The position numbers were made by a program, and so were the translations under genes. A stretch of 61,571 nucleotides of DNA, filler included, from Piptocephalis cylindrospora (lineage: Eukaryota), in the NCBI GenBank assembly GCA_003614145.1. It is 2 parts of 2 records of this genome, joined end to end, with 100 filler letters (N's around TTAATTAATTAA, not from the genome) between each part and the next. Parts side by side here need not be neighbours in the genome. Positions count along the whole stretch, not along the records: positions 1 to 30,825 come from KZ987752.1; 1 more part is not named here. The stretch is one strand, 5' to 3'. Positions 10,785-22,560 of this stretch are shown here, one piece after another (position 1 is the stretch's first letter; each line of letters begins with the position of its first letter). A model generated the notes under the pieces. It was not told the DNA's origin and did no database searches. It saw nothing but the letters and a program-made list of their open reading frames with translations.

Positions 10785-11784
10785 ATGGATATTGAATTCG
10801 AAGCACACGCTCCTGAGGAGGAAATGGCCGTGGAGCAGGGTAGGTCAGGGAACGGGGAAGGGAAGTGTCAGGATGTGATGGAACTCAAAGATCCTCATCG
10901 CTCCCCCCCACATAGACGAGCCCATTAAGGAAATCTCCATTGTAGGAGCGGTCAAACGTCGAGGACGTGGATTCCAAAACAAGGAGCATGGTGAGTGGGC
11001 ATGATCTTGCACAAGTACATCGACTGCATCCGTCTGACTGATCTGATCCTGTCCACTGGGATCGCCCTTGCGTTTCTTCTAGCCCCAAGGGATGGCATCC
11101 GTGGAAATGAGACTTTTGAACGGCATATTGGAGAGGACACCTCTTCTATTTCTGGTCGCGTTCAACGCTGTACGTATTCATGCAGACATGACTGAATGGA
11201 CTGATCTCATTGACATTGGATTTCCCTACAACGTATAGCTATTGAAGGGTGGATCATCCTTCTTACCAATGTTCATGAGGAAGCAGCCGAGGATAGCCTA
11301 TACGAGCTGCTTTTAGATTATGGCCAGGTTCGAAACCTTCATCTGAATCTGGATCGACGAACAGGTTATGTCAAGGTAAGGAGATCATCTGGAAAGACTC
11401 GGTTTCTATCAACCCTACTCACTCCAATCCTCATTATAGGGGTATGCTTTGGTGGAGTATGAAACATTTGAGGAGGCCAAACAGGCTGTGGAGGATCTCA
11501 AGGGCAAAGATTACCTGGGTCAGATCCTCTCGGCTGATTTTGTCTTTACTCAGCCCCCGGGATTTGAGGATCGGAGGAGGGGTGGAAGGACGGGTCCTTA
11601 CTCTGGGCCCGGAATCGGCCCTGATCTTCGTACCCGTCTCGGCCCTCCCAGAGGTGGTAAAGATGACGAGATCAGAAGGGAGGGAGATCGCATGAAGGAT
11701 CGTCTGGGTCCTAGGGTCACCCGAGATGGGAATAGGAGGGAGAGATCTGATCGATCTCTTTCCCCCCCTCTCCGTAGAGGATAG
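10785..11784 (+). CDS. RBM8A: RNA-binding protein 8A (Y14), exon junction complex
   Basis: Spliced KRRGRGF...VQRSIEGWIILLTNVHEEAAED...[29 protein letters not shown]/RS tail; 5 exons. Confidence 0.92.
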
Positions 11785-12269
11785 AGTTGGTGAGATGGGA
11801 TGTCGTATGTATGCTTTTTCTTATAGAGCATCATGTGGGTTGTGGGTTATGGATTTTGGATTTCTCTAGGAAAGACAAGCAAGAATTATGAATAAAGGGC
11901 CCTGTCATAGTCTTTCAAAGTCGTTGTGATTATTGGTCTTGGGAGACGTTTAAAATGATCTTCTCCTTGCTTTCTTACACTGTCCATTCCATGCAAGTAT
12001 GCTTGATCTCACTCGAGACTATAGGATTGAAATGACTCATAAATAGCCTAGTGTGGGAGATGATGGGATTGGCCAATCCAGGAGTAGGATACGACTCAGT
12101 CTGAGGGAAATGTCAACATTACATTCTTGACTTGTCCCACAGACGCGGAGCCTTGCCCCAATCCATCCATCCTTTCTAGCTTATCCATCCATCTGCTCAA
12201 ACCCATTCATCCATCCATCCATCCTTCCGCCTTCTCGAATCATCCATCCACTTTTCTCTTCATATTCTC

Positions 12270-12719
12270 ATGAGTGATACGGCTGCTGCTTCATCCTCTT
12301 CTCTGGTGGCCTTGGCTGCAAAGCCCAAGGCGGATCTCTCGGAGGCTGAGTTGAGATTACTGGAGGAGCATGAGTTCTCCGTCGGCCCTTTGTCAGTCCT
12401 ACAGCAGGCAGTACGCTCGTCTTCCCAGGTTCTGATCAACTGTCGAAACAACCATAAGCTTCTTGCCCGTGTCAAGGCCTTTGATCGCCACTGTAATATG
12501 GTCCTGGAGAATGTGAAAGAGATGTGGACTGAGCAACCCCGGTCTGGCAAGGGGAGGTCCAAGGCTAAGGCTGTCAACAAGGACCGCTTCATTTCCAAGA
12601 TGTTTCTTCGTGGTGATTCAGTGATTCTTGGTAAGTAATGTCATTTCTGGAGGAAGGAGCGATTGCTTAGCTTGAATTAATGGCGATTCCCTTTCCTAGT
12701 GCTTCGGAGTACCGCATAG
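12270..12719 (+). CDS. SMD2: Small nuclear ribonucleoprotein Sm D2
   Basis: [62 protein letters not shown]; intron 12631-12699; last exon VLRSTA*. Confidence 0.95.
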
Positions 12720-13399
12720 AAAGCATGATTGGACTTCATGATGATGGGGGCAATCTATCCTGTACCGCCGAGCGATTCTCTCCCTATATCCGTAGAAAAA
12801 AGATGGATTATCCTGTGAAAGAGGGGGGAGAGGATGAGGAAAGGAGAAGAGAAGAAGGGAGGAGGGGGAGGGGGAGAATGAATGGAGCATGTCTGTACAT
12901 TGTGATGATGATTTGAATCTTTGAGGTATATCCACAAGTACTGTTGCTGTTCATGCGCCAATCCTATGGGAGACAATGGCGATTACGTGATGATCCTTTC
13001 CAGGCAGCCCTATGTAACGAGATAGCAGTATCCCAGGGAACCTCGGCAGGGGGTTCAGATATCCTGTAGTAGTGGTGACATGCAAGCATCGTTATCGATC
13101 CTTTGAGAGATGGGCATACTGAATAGATACCCACCTACTTTACCCTCATGACAAGCGGCGACCTATCCTGGACTGTGAGAGAGGCACGCACACAGCATAT
13201 TGCCAGTCGACTCCGTACCCTCCCGGATCACACATAGTGAGGTTGCATACCAAAGGCTGTGTTCCCCCCTCTTACAACACAGGCCTCAACCACCACACAC
13301 TCCTCTCCCTCCTCCATCGCCGCCGCCTTCCCTTTAATCCACACCCATCTTCTTCAAGCACCCTCTCTCCCCTCCACTTCCTTATTCCATTTCACCACC

Positions 13400-13725
13400 A
13401 TGTCCTCCAATGCCGATGCCGAACCGGTGATGCGCGTTTCTCGTGAAGAACTTCGACAAGAGCGGGTGCCTTTGGAATGGAGGGATTACTGCGCCCACAA
13501 GCTCATCCCACTGAACAAGTGCCGGAGAGCCACTTTGTTTATGCCCTGGAAGTGCCAGGATGAGCGACACGACTATGAAAAGTGTCAATACCTTGAGTAA
13601 GCGCACTTTGAAGGATGAGAAGCTCCAGCCCTGTAACTCATGCCCTCTCTCCCCCTCCCCCCTACAGCTATAAGCGTCGTATGAGAAAGGCCGCTGCTGC
13701 CAAGGCTGCCGCAGCAGAAGAATAG
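13400..13725 (+). CDS. NDUFB7: NADH:ubiquinone oxidoreductase B18 subunit
   Basis: RDYCAHKLIPLNKCRR..PWKCQDERHDYEKCQY twin CX9C pattern; intron 13597-13667. Confidence 0.92.
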
Positions 13726-14238
13726 ATGATGTCGCGTGTTGTTAGGTGAAGCGAGGTGGGAAGAAGGAAAAGGGGAGGGGGCACAGACGACTATCCAAGA
13801 TCCTCCTACTCGTTCCTCCCCTCGATTGGAAAGTGTCTGTATTGTCACGTCTTCTTTGACGTGCAATACATCATCTTCATAAGCCCAAACTCAAGCTCAA
13901 CGTCCCTCCATCCTCTTTCGCCTTCATGTCATTGATGCGTCAGGCGCTATGGACAATTTGAAGAAATAAGTCATCGTTCATTGCCAAGTAATTGAGAAAT
14001 ACGTCGATTAGACTTTACTCCACTCCCAGCACCATTCCTTTATGAACAGAGGACAAGCATGCGTCTCAGAGTAGCCTTTCCCTCGACCAATAGTGATTTA
14101 TGGCATCCATAGTCTTCCATGGTATATGCATTATGAGATGGATCATGTGCCCTTTAACTATATCAGAGTGCTCCTTTAATTCATACCCTCCAGGGATAAA
14201 GTATATGCCTTCTCTCTCATTTATCTAACAGACATATG

Positions 14239-14245
14239 TATAAAA
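14239..14245 (+). promoter_or_regulatory. TATA box
   Basis: TATAAAA about 135 nt upstream of the ATG at 14375. Confidence 0.5.
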
Positions 14246-14374
14246 GGCTGTCAGTGCTTTTCATTCTTCTGAGGACTATGAATATTTCTCTATCCTTCAC
14301 TCGAACCATTCTAGCCATCTCCACCACAGCAATTACTACCACCCTCTTACCTCACCAGCCTTTAGCATTTAACC

Positions 14375-14578
14375 ATGACCAAGCACTCTACCAGTAAAGG
14401 CGGCGGCGGCGGCAAAGGAGGTTCTGGTGGCAAAGGATCCTCCCCAATGTCCAAGTCTGATTCCGCCCGCATCCAATCTGCCGGAGCCAAGAACTCTGGT
14501 GGGGTCACCCATATTAGTGGCTTTGATGTCCGTGCCCAATCCGTCGCTGACAAGGGTACTACCCCGGGGAAGAAGTAG
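14375..14578 (+). CDS. Small hydrophilic SMP/LEA-like protein (67 aa)
   Basis: MSKSDSARIQSAGAKNSGG..SGFDVRAQSVADK resembles the seed-maturation-protein repeat; ACCATG context and upstream TATA box. Confidence 0.7.
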   Translation: MTKHSTSKGGGGGKGGSGGKGSSPMSKSDSARIQSAGAKNSGGVTHISGFDVRAQSVADKGTTPGKK

Positions 14579-14926
14579 GCGAGAGAATAATGGTCAAGAT
14601 CTGGCCTCCTCCTCTCCCTTATCCCTATTGCACTGATGCATACTGCTGGTGGAGAGGATGCTCCATTAACCATCGTGATCAGAGAAATATAGCCCCAACT
14701 AGCGTGTGTTGATGGTAATTTCATCGGGACGACGACGTTTTACATCAGAGCATATCTTTTGACATGTGACGAGGAGAGGGACAATGTGAAGCTGCTTCCA
14801 TTCACACGATCGCATCGAAGCAGTTGAAAAGTGATGTATGGGATGGAATATACTACTACTATTGCTACTACGGGTACTAATTTCACCAACATCTCCCCCC
14901 TCAATCTGCAGTGGACAGAGCTCCCT

Positions 14927-16162
14927 CTACTCAGAGGATGCCGTCTCGGAAACAGCCAGTTGGGCCAGAGAGCTCATCAATGCTATGTGCATCAACCCGC
15001 CGATACCGCATTCAGGAGAGGAGGAAGTGAGGGATAATAGTCGTCCCATCCCTATCCATAACCAGTCACTTACCTTGACTGACTTTTCCAAGGCCCAGGG
15101 CAGCAGGAGTACCGGGCCACTCTTCTACAAAACTTTGACCCCGATCGCAGCAATGAGCAAGGCGTGGGTCCAAGGGAACAGATCCGAGGAAGGGGACAGA
15201 GTATTCGGAGGCCAGGGCCTTGGCACCTCCGGTGGTAGGAGGGAAGATGTCGGAGGCTTTATGGCAGTTGGGACAGCTGAACCCTGACATATTCTCCACT
15301 AGACCCAGAACTTTGATGCCCACTTTGCGACAAAAGTCCAGCTCCCGACGTACATCCTGGATGGAAACTTCCTGAGGCGTCGTCACTAGAATGGCCCCGT
15401 CAATCCCCGCAAGCTTAAGGGAAGATACAACGGCCAGGTGCTCATCGCTAGTCCCAGGGGGAGTGTCAACCAGGAGAATATCCAGGCCTTCATCACCCCA
15501 ATCCACGTCCCGGAGGAATTGCTTGATAATTCCGTTCTTCTTGGGTCCCCTCCAAATCACTGCATCCCCCTCCTCCTCAAGCATAAGTCCAACGGACACG
15601 CAGGCCAGATTATCCGAGGCATAGACGGGCTGCCATCCCGAGGCCGAAGCATGAAGCCTCTCCTCCGTAACTGAAAGCATCCTGGGGATCGATGGGCCAC
15701 ACACATCCACATCCACCACCCCTACCTGTTTTATCGGATCCGCCGCAAATGCATGGGCCAACTGCGTAGTAAACGTGGATTTCCCCACCCCACCTTTTCC
15801 TGAGAGCACGAGGACTTTCCTCTTGACCAACTCCAATCTTTTCTGGATGACCGGGAGATCTAAGAAGGGGGAGAGATGAGATGACACCAGAGCAGAGAGA
15901 GAGGAGAGAGGATGGACACTTACCAGGATCAGGCCCCTTGGGGGCAGTGGCGCAGATCTGGGCATTGGGACATCCGGCGCACGCATCAGCCTTACCGGCT
16001 TCCTCGCTCTCCGTACCCTATAAAAACCATTACATTTTCCCGTTGGAAGAGGAAGGTCTGATCAGTGGGGGAAGGCTTACAAGCAAGTATGGGGCAAACA
16101 ACAGGGATCCCACTTACTGGGCAGTGCTCAGGAGCATTATCAGGAACAGTGGCTTCGGGCAT
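14927..16162 (-). CDS. NBP35: Cytosolic Fe-S cluster assembly factor Nbp35/NUBP1
   Basis: Spliced [60 protein letters not shown]; 4 exons. Confidence 0.93.
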
Positions 16163-17124
16163 CACGATATGTTTGGTGTGTAAGAGAGAGAAAACGAAGA
16201 TACGGACAGAAAAGAAGCTAGTAGTACGAAGTGTGTAAGGGAAGGGAAGAGAAGAGATCCTTGCAAGTATATATATAAAAACCTGTCTTCACTGACCCAG
16301 CCAGATATCTCACATGAAGAGGCTGGGGTAACTGGGAAACAATCCCCCAGTGCGCCCATTGTCCATCATCCACTCATAGTGCGCTTGTCAGTGTTCGACC
16401 CAAGCAAGAGTTACGTAATCATCATCAGATAAACCAAAGCACAGCAGGATTTCATTGAGATAATTTACTTGGTGGTGGTGGCTAGTAAACATGAAATTCA
16501 TGATCTAGATCTATGAGTCCATGTGCTTTTGATTCCACGATACAATCTAAAATAAAATAGAGCGTCTTGGGATACCTGGTCGTTGTGTGTTCCATTTATA
16601 ATGACTATATATATTTAAACGGGCGTTGTACCTAGATATCCATCAACTTGCTTTACTAAAGGAATATGCAGCGGCTTTATTATGAACAATAATTATAAGT
16701 GTAAAAGTAAAGCGTCGAGAACAATGTCCTTGGTACCACGCTTGCCGGCCTAGGCGGGTAATGTGTTTGGATAGTCTGTAGCCTGTCCCATGAGGGAAAA
16801 TAAACTGGTTTTATCATCATCATCAAGTGTAAAAGTAGAGTATAGGCATATAAAGTATTCTATGATTGCTATTAGTAATAAGGTGGTGGTGCATTCGAAT
16901 GCCCCATGTCTATCCCTCGGGGAAATAAAAGGGTTTTATCATCGTCATTATTATTACTAATAATACAACCATGAAAAATAACCGCGATTCAATTAATAAT
17001 ATCCATTGGATATACGCCCAATCATCCTATTTTATAAACTTACGGAGGATGATCCATTCTTGAATCTATTGACGACACCATCCCATCCCAGTCCTTTTGC
17101 CTCTCTCCTTTCACAGCCCATTCA

Positions 17125-18082
17125 TCACTGCTTGATGGCATAATGCTTCATCCGATAAAGAAGAACTTTGCCAGTATGGCTGGCAATGGCGAGGAAGCCT
17201 GCTTGGGATGCGGCGTCCACGGCCATGACCCGTCCGAGAGGCGTCGTCTGGGTAGGCCAGTTGGAGAAGACGGTCTTGGAAGCCACATGGACCAAACGGA
17301 GCTGATCCCTCTTGGTCCGGGAGGCCATGATGAGAATCTCATCCCCGGGCGCAAAGGACAGCATTCCAATGGGAGTGGTGAGATTGAGGAACTCTCGGGC
17401 TGGTCCCACCTTATGCACACCCTCTCCTTCAGTATCCTCTGCCCGGTACAGATGAACAATTCCACTGGTTGATCTAGGGGAGGGATGGGGATGGAGGTGA
17501 GGATAAGAAGGATAGAAAGGTCATCGTATTCTCTTCGCACTTACCCAGTGGCAAACCATCGCTCATTATGGGAAATAGCAAGGGTGGTGGGGGAAAAGCC
17601 TCCAATATCCCTCCACCGTCGAACGCATCTCCAGGTCAGGGACTTGGTCATGTGCTTAAAGCCGTATACCACACTATCACTTCCGATGACCCAAAGCTTG
17701 CCCGAGACGGAACCCCAGGCTAGATCAATAACTCCAGAGTTGATCTTAACCTCACGGACCCATCGTTTCGTCGATGTGGATATAATGTCCACAGCGCCTC
17801 CGGCAGCAGGGGATGCCAGCCATTGCCCATCTGGTGACGGGATCAATCGGTCAATGACGCGCTTCTTTTGGTCCTGTCGGATGAATGGGGTCTTCTCCAG
17901 CTTGCCCGTCTCCAGATCCAGCGTGTAAAAATGGGCCCTTCTGCCCGTCAGATACAAGGTAGTGCCCGAGGGGGAAAAGGTCATGTCATGTAGGGCAAAG
18001 TCTTTAATGGTCAAGCTCTGAATCTGGGCGTTTTCCCTTCCATCGACCTAGTCAGCCCGAGAGAAAGATTAGTGGCTATTTT

Positions 18083-18124
<42 letters not shown>

Positions 18125-18983
18125 AAGGCATAGTCATGAAAAAAAAACTTACCCGGAAAAGCCGGATTACCCGATCAGAGCCGCCTACGGCCAAGACCCG
18201 GGCTTCCGGATGAAATCGGACCATACTACTTTTGCCCGAGGACCGGGCCTGCACATTGGCATCCCGAAGCCTCTCGATATCCAAAGTCCCGGATGGTAGG
18301 GTGGTGTGGGTGGAGGAGAGAGCACTTGCTGAACTAGTGAGGATACTCATGGGATCCTCCTCCTCATCCCCCTTCGCCTCCTCTTCAATGACCTTTTCCT
18401 CGGCCTTGACAGCCCAAGAAGGTTTGGGATGCAGTTTTTCGTGCCTGATTAAGGAAAGATGGTGATGAGTTAGAATGAGGCTATTTGCGGATTCAGGAGA
18501 GATGACTTACTGTTGTCGAAGGCGCTTCTCATACTCATCACCGGTAATCATATCCTCTCCCTCCCGTTCCCGAAGCTTCTTGAGTCTAGGCCGAGAGGTG
18601 AGAGAGACCTGCAGTTCCCCGGTAATTTCCTTATCCCTCCAAGCAGAGTCATCCTCGGACTCCCCTTCAGATTCAGAGGTGTCTTCTTGATCTGATTCCG
18701 TGGTAGGATCGATCTCGTTAACATTATCCTCGTAAAAGAGAGGGGCTCCCTCATCCAGTTCCGTATCCTGAGCGGTAGCGTCTTCAAGGAAGGGTACTAT
18801 ATCTGTCTCTAAGACCTCTTGTTCCTCCTCCTCCTCAGAGGATACCTCTTCTTCCTCGGACTGAACACCAAAGACCAGGCTTTCCAAGTCCCGCTCCTCT
18901 TTGGTCACCTTTCCCTTGGCAAGCTTGCCCTTTCCCTCCAGGCTGGGGGATCGAGCACGTTTCCTCGAAACTGTCTGGACCAT
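17125..18983 (-). CDS. UTP18: U3 snoRNA-associated WD40 protein Utp18
   Basis: EERDLESLVFG; YEKRLRQQ-HEKLHPKPSWA; IERLRDAN; VDGRENAQIQS; TVFSNWPTQTTPLG; 4 exons. Confidence 0.9.
18085..18122. repeat. (AG)n microsatellite in a UTP18 intron
   Basis: About 19 AG units. Confidence 0.9.
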
Positions 18984-19564
18984 GCTTGATGATTGAGGCA
19001 AGATGATGATGATGGGGTGAGGTTGGGTAGAGAAGAGAGAAGGCGACGAGGATTTGCCTCTGGATAGTACTCGTCTAGAAGAAAGGGTGAAGCCCTCCCC
19101 ATTGATACTCCACTAGGCATAAACCACCAAAACCATCCCCCACCCCAAGGTCTTACACTATGCTGTGGCAAGGGGACATTTGATCTTATCCCCCTCCCCT
19201 CCTCCCTCCAGCCCTTTTTAGATTGGGAGAACTAGGAAAAAAAAAGAAAAATGCATCCACAATTGCGCTTGGATTTCTCCCAGCCATCGTTGTGGGCCGT
19301 GTGCTGTGTGCATCTGGCTCTGATATGCAACACCCTAGCAGCGTCGTGGATTGAAATATTGTAAAAAGTACATGCCAATTAATGAATATTCATCCCGAGA
19401 ACACCACTTTTCGGCCTTTCATAATGTTTTGTTAGCATTCTTCCTCATGAGCTGTAGGGAGGCGATGGGAGTCTCAATACTTGGTCCTCCCTCTGGGTAA
19501 AAAGTGCCTTCCGCGTCGTCCCGAGCCTTGATTATTCTAGACCACTCCACCTCTCCAACCCATC

Positions 19565-20497
19565 ATGTCCTTTCTTTGCCTACTCAGCGGATCCAAGGGG
19601 GCTCTATCTCCCTCTGCGGCCCTACGCCCCATTGCCGCGGCCTACTCGACCCGACTGTACGCGACCGAGGCCAGGAAGAAGAAGAAGGGACCTGCTCCTC
19701 CTAGCCCCGAGGCCATCTCGTTGGAGACCGCCTTGCCCATGCTTCGGGTAAGTGTAGTTTGGCACGGGTATCCCCTCCCCTCACCTCACCTCCCCTCTCT
19801 TCCTCTTTCTCACTCCTTTACCACATATAGGCTTGCTCAGTGGGCAGGGATACCACGTCCTTGACCGTCCACATCCATACGCACCTGGGCCCAAAGGCTG
19901 CACCTCTTCGTGGATCGATTGCCCTGCCCAGGCCCCCGCACAAGGAATCGGTGCTGGCGGTGTTTGCCGAGGGAAAGGCAGCCGAGGAGGCCAGGGCAGC
20001 TGGGGCGGACCTGGTGTTGGGGGCTGAAGATATCCCGGATGTGGCGAGTGGAAAATACAAGTTTGCTCGCTGTGTGGCGCATACGGATATCTTCCCGGCG
20101 GTGGCCAAGATTGCACGGTGGCTCGGGCCCCGAGGGTTGATGCCGACGGTGAAGCGCGGGACAGTGGGGAAGGATATGGCGGCGGCAATCCAGGCTAGTC
20201 GTGGAGCCTTTGAGTTCAAGGCCGACAAGGCCGGGAATGTGCGGACGGGCATTGCGCAGCTAGGCTGGACGGATGCGGAGGTGGAGGCCAATATCCGGTC
20301 CTTGGTGGACGCGGTCAAGTCCCATGGAAAGCAGACCAAGAGTGGACGAAAGTGTAAGTGAGGAGAGGAGGGAGGGGGTGATTATTGAGCCCATGCTTAC
20401 GACCTCACTCTCTCTCCCCTGGGATGGTATAGCCAATGTACGTGAAGTGTGGTTGAGCTCGGATCAGGGGCCCGGATTCATGCTTCTTGGCATTTAA
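19565..20497 (+). CDS. MRPL1: Mitochondrial ribosomal protein L1 (uL1m)
   Basis: Presequence; LRGSIALP, AGADLVLG, LGPRGLMPTVKRGTV, WLSSDQGPG; 3 exons. Confidence 0.9.
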
Positions 20498-20584
20498 GGG
20501 ACACGAAGCGAGGGACGAGAGAGGGGCAATGAAAACAGAGGATGAATATGCGGCTATAAAGACATTTTTAAATGTTGAAGATGA

Positions 20585-22266
20585 TCACTCATGGAAGGGC
20601 CTTCTCTCCCTCTTTTCCTGCCCTGCCCTATCTCTTGTAGGATGACTGGACACCTTTCCATAGGAATGAGCCTTTCCTCTCCTCACATTGTCCCGATCAG
20701 TCCCATCCTTTCTCACATTGTCCTGGCTATTCCAGCCCCTCTCACCTTTGGCTCTACCAGCCCCACTCCTATCAGCCCTACCCCTCTTCATGATATCCCG
20801 ACTCTCCATACCCTTATCACCCTTACCCCTCTCTGCCTTATCCTTGATCCTACCAGCCTGCCTCCACTCCCGTTCAGCCTCCTCTTTGGAGTCTTTCAAC
20901 CATTGTCTGGACTTTTCCAGCCTTTTTCTCCCACCGCTCCCGAGGACCAGAGCCGTGCTGGGGGAGACCCTGGCATCATCAGCCTCACGGGCCTTTTGTT
21001 GGAGTATATGCTCTGCGGCGGCATGACGGGAGGCGGCAATGACATTGGAAGCGCCCGTGGACTGAAGAACGTGCCTTCTGACCCTATCGACTCCAGCCCC
21101 GGTGTATGCTGAGACTGGAAGACATTCTGGCATGGCATTGGAGTACTCTTTGAGGTCCTGGGGAAATGGTATGTGTGAGCGGGGGTGGGAATGACAAGGC
21201 CGAGTGGACAGGACCTACCTGATGAAGTAGATGGATTCTACGAGCCAAGAGATATCTCGGGACCAAGTCGCACTTTGTCAAGATGATCTGGAATTTAATG
21301 CCGAATCTATGAGCAGAGATGCAAGGGGAGGGGTGAGAGGGGGAAGGGAGGGCTGAAGAAGCACAGGGCAATGGGCTTACCCATTCAAATGACGACAAAA
21401 CTCCTTGTCATTCACCTTGAGCCCATGCCGGCCATCGGCCAGGACGTACACTCTCTTCAAGGTCTTGCTTCTTTTAGAGAGATAGTCATCGATCTAGCGC
21501 ATGGGAGGAAAGGGGTGATTCATGGTCAATGACTGCACATCCCATGGGCCGCCTCTTCAACAGGGAAAGAGGTTGTACCAGCTGCTTCCATGCGTCCATG
21601 GCGCCCGTCTTGGCAAAGGCAAAGCCATAGCCAGGAGCGTCGACCCAAATACCGGCCTCGCCCACGCGGTAAAAATTTAATTGGGCGGTCAGACCCGGCT
21701 TCTCGGAGGTCCTGGCGGCATGAACACGCGGCCCTCCAAGAGCGTTGAGTAGACTGGATTTACCTACATTGGATCGTCCCACAAAGGCGACCTCAAGACC
21801 CGAGGGTTCTGGGATGGATTGGGATTTGTAGGCACCTGCAAAGAAAATGGGTGGGGGTAACTGGATGGTGTGCATGAGGGGATGAGAGCTGAAAGGGGAT
21901 GAGGAGTGAGTCCGAATGGGGTACTGTTGTTACCTTGATGGGAGGATCCAATGGATTGTAGGTGGAGACGAGTCCCTTTTTGGAGAAGGTCTTTTGTCGC
22001 GTGCGGAAGGGATGGGCCTTGACGGATCCCAGGGCCAGATCCTCGAGAAGCTGTGTGACCTTTCGGTCAGGTTCAGTCCGGAGTAAGCGTTGTCGGTTGG
22101 ATAGGGCGGGTAATGCTTGAGTGGTGCTTGAGGGGCTCGATGAAGCATACCGTGGTGGGATAACCTTGCTGGAGACGGTCGCGGAATGGCAGGATAGGCT
22201 TAATCTAGACAGGGTCCGGTGCAAGCTTGGCCGTCCAAGGCCGAGTCTATGACCAACAGGAAGCAT
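20585..22266 (-). CDS. EngB/YihA/YsxC-family GTPase, probably mitochondrial (GTPBP8/Mrx8-like)
   Basis: EVAFVGRSNVGKSSLLN (G1), PGLT, DAPGYG (G3), LTKCD (G4), VSA (G5); 5 exons; presequence-like N-terminus. Confidence 0.88.
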
Positions 22267-22560
22267 CTCAAGGAAGCTCGAGCGGTGGTGGATGAGAGTG
22301 ATGGTGGGGATGGAAGAGGTGGACTTGAGCTTTTGGATGACACGAATCTCTCCGATGACCTGATTCAGATTTAAAAAAGAAAGAATCTAGGGTTCTTTTT
22401 TACTAGTCTCGTTCTTTCGCGGTGTAGTATGTGATATGTATGGGGGGGGGGCCTCGGTCTCTGTAGTATGAGACGACTTTAGCGGGGGGCTTTTAAGGGG
22501 GCTTGGGGCCCAACAAGCTGTGTGGGTGTGTGTGTGTGTGTGTGGGGGTGTGTGTTTGTG

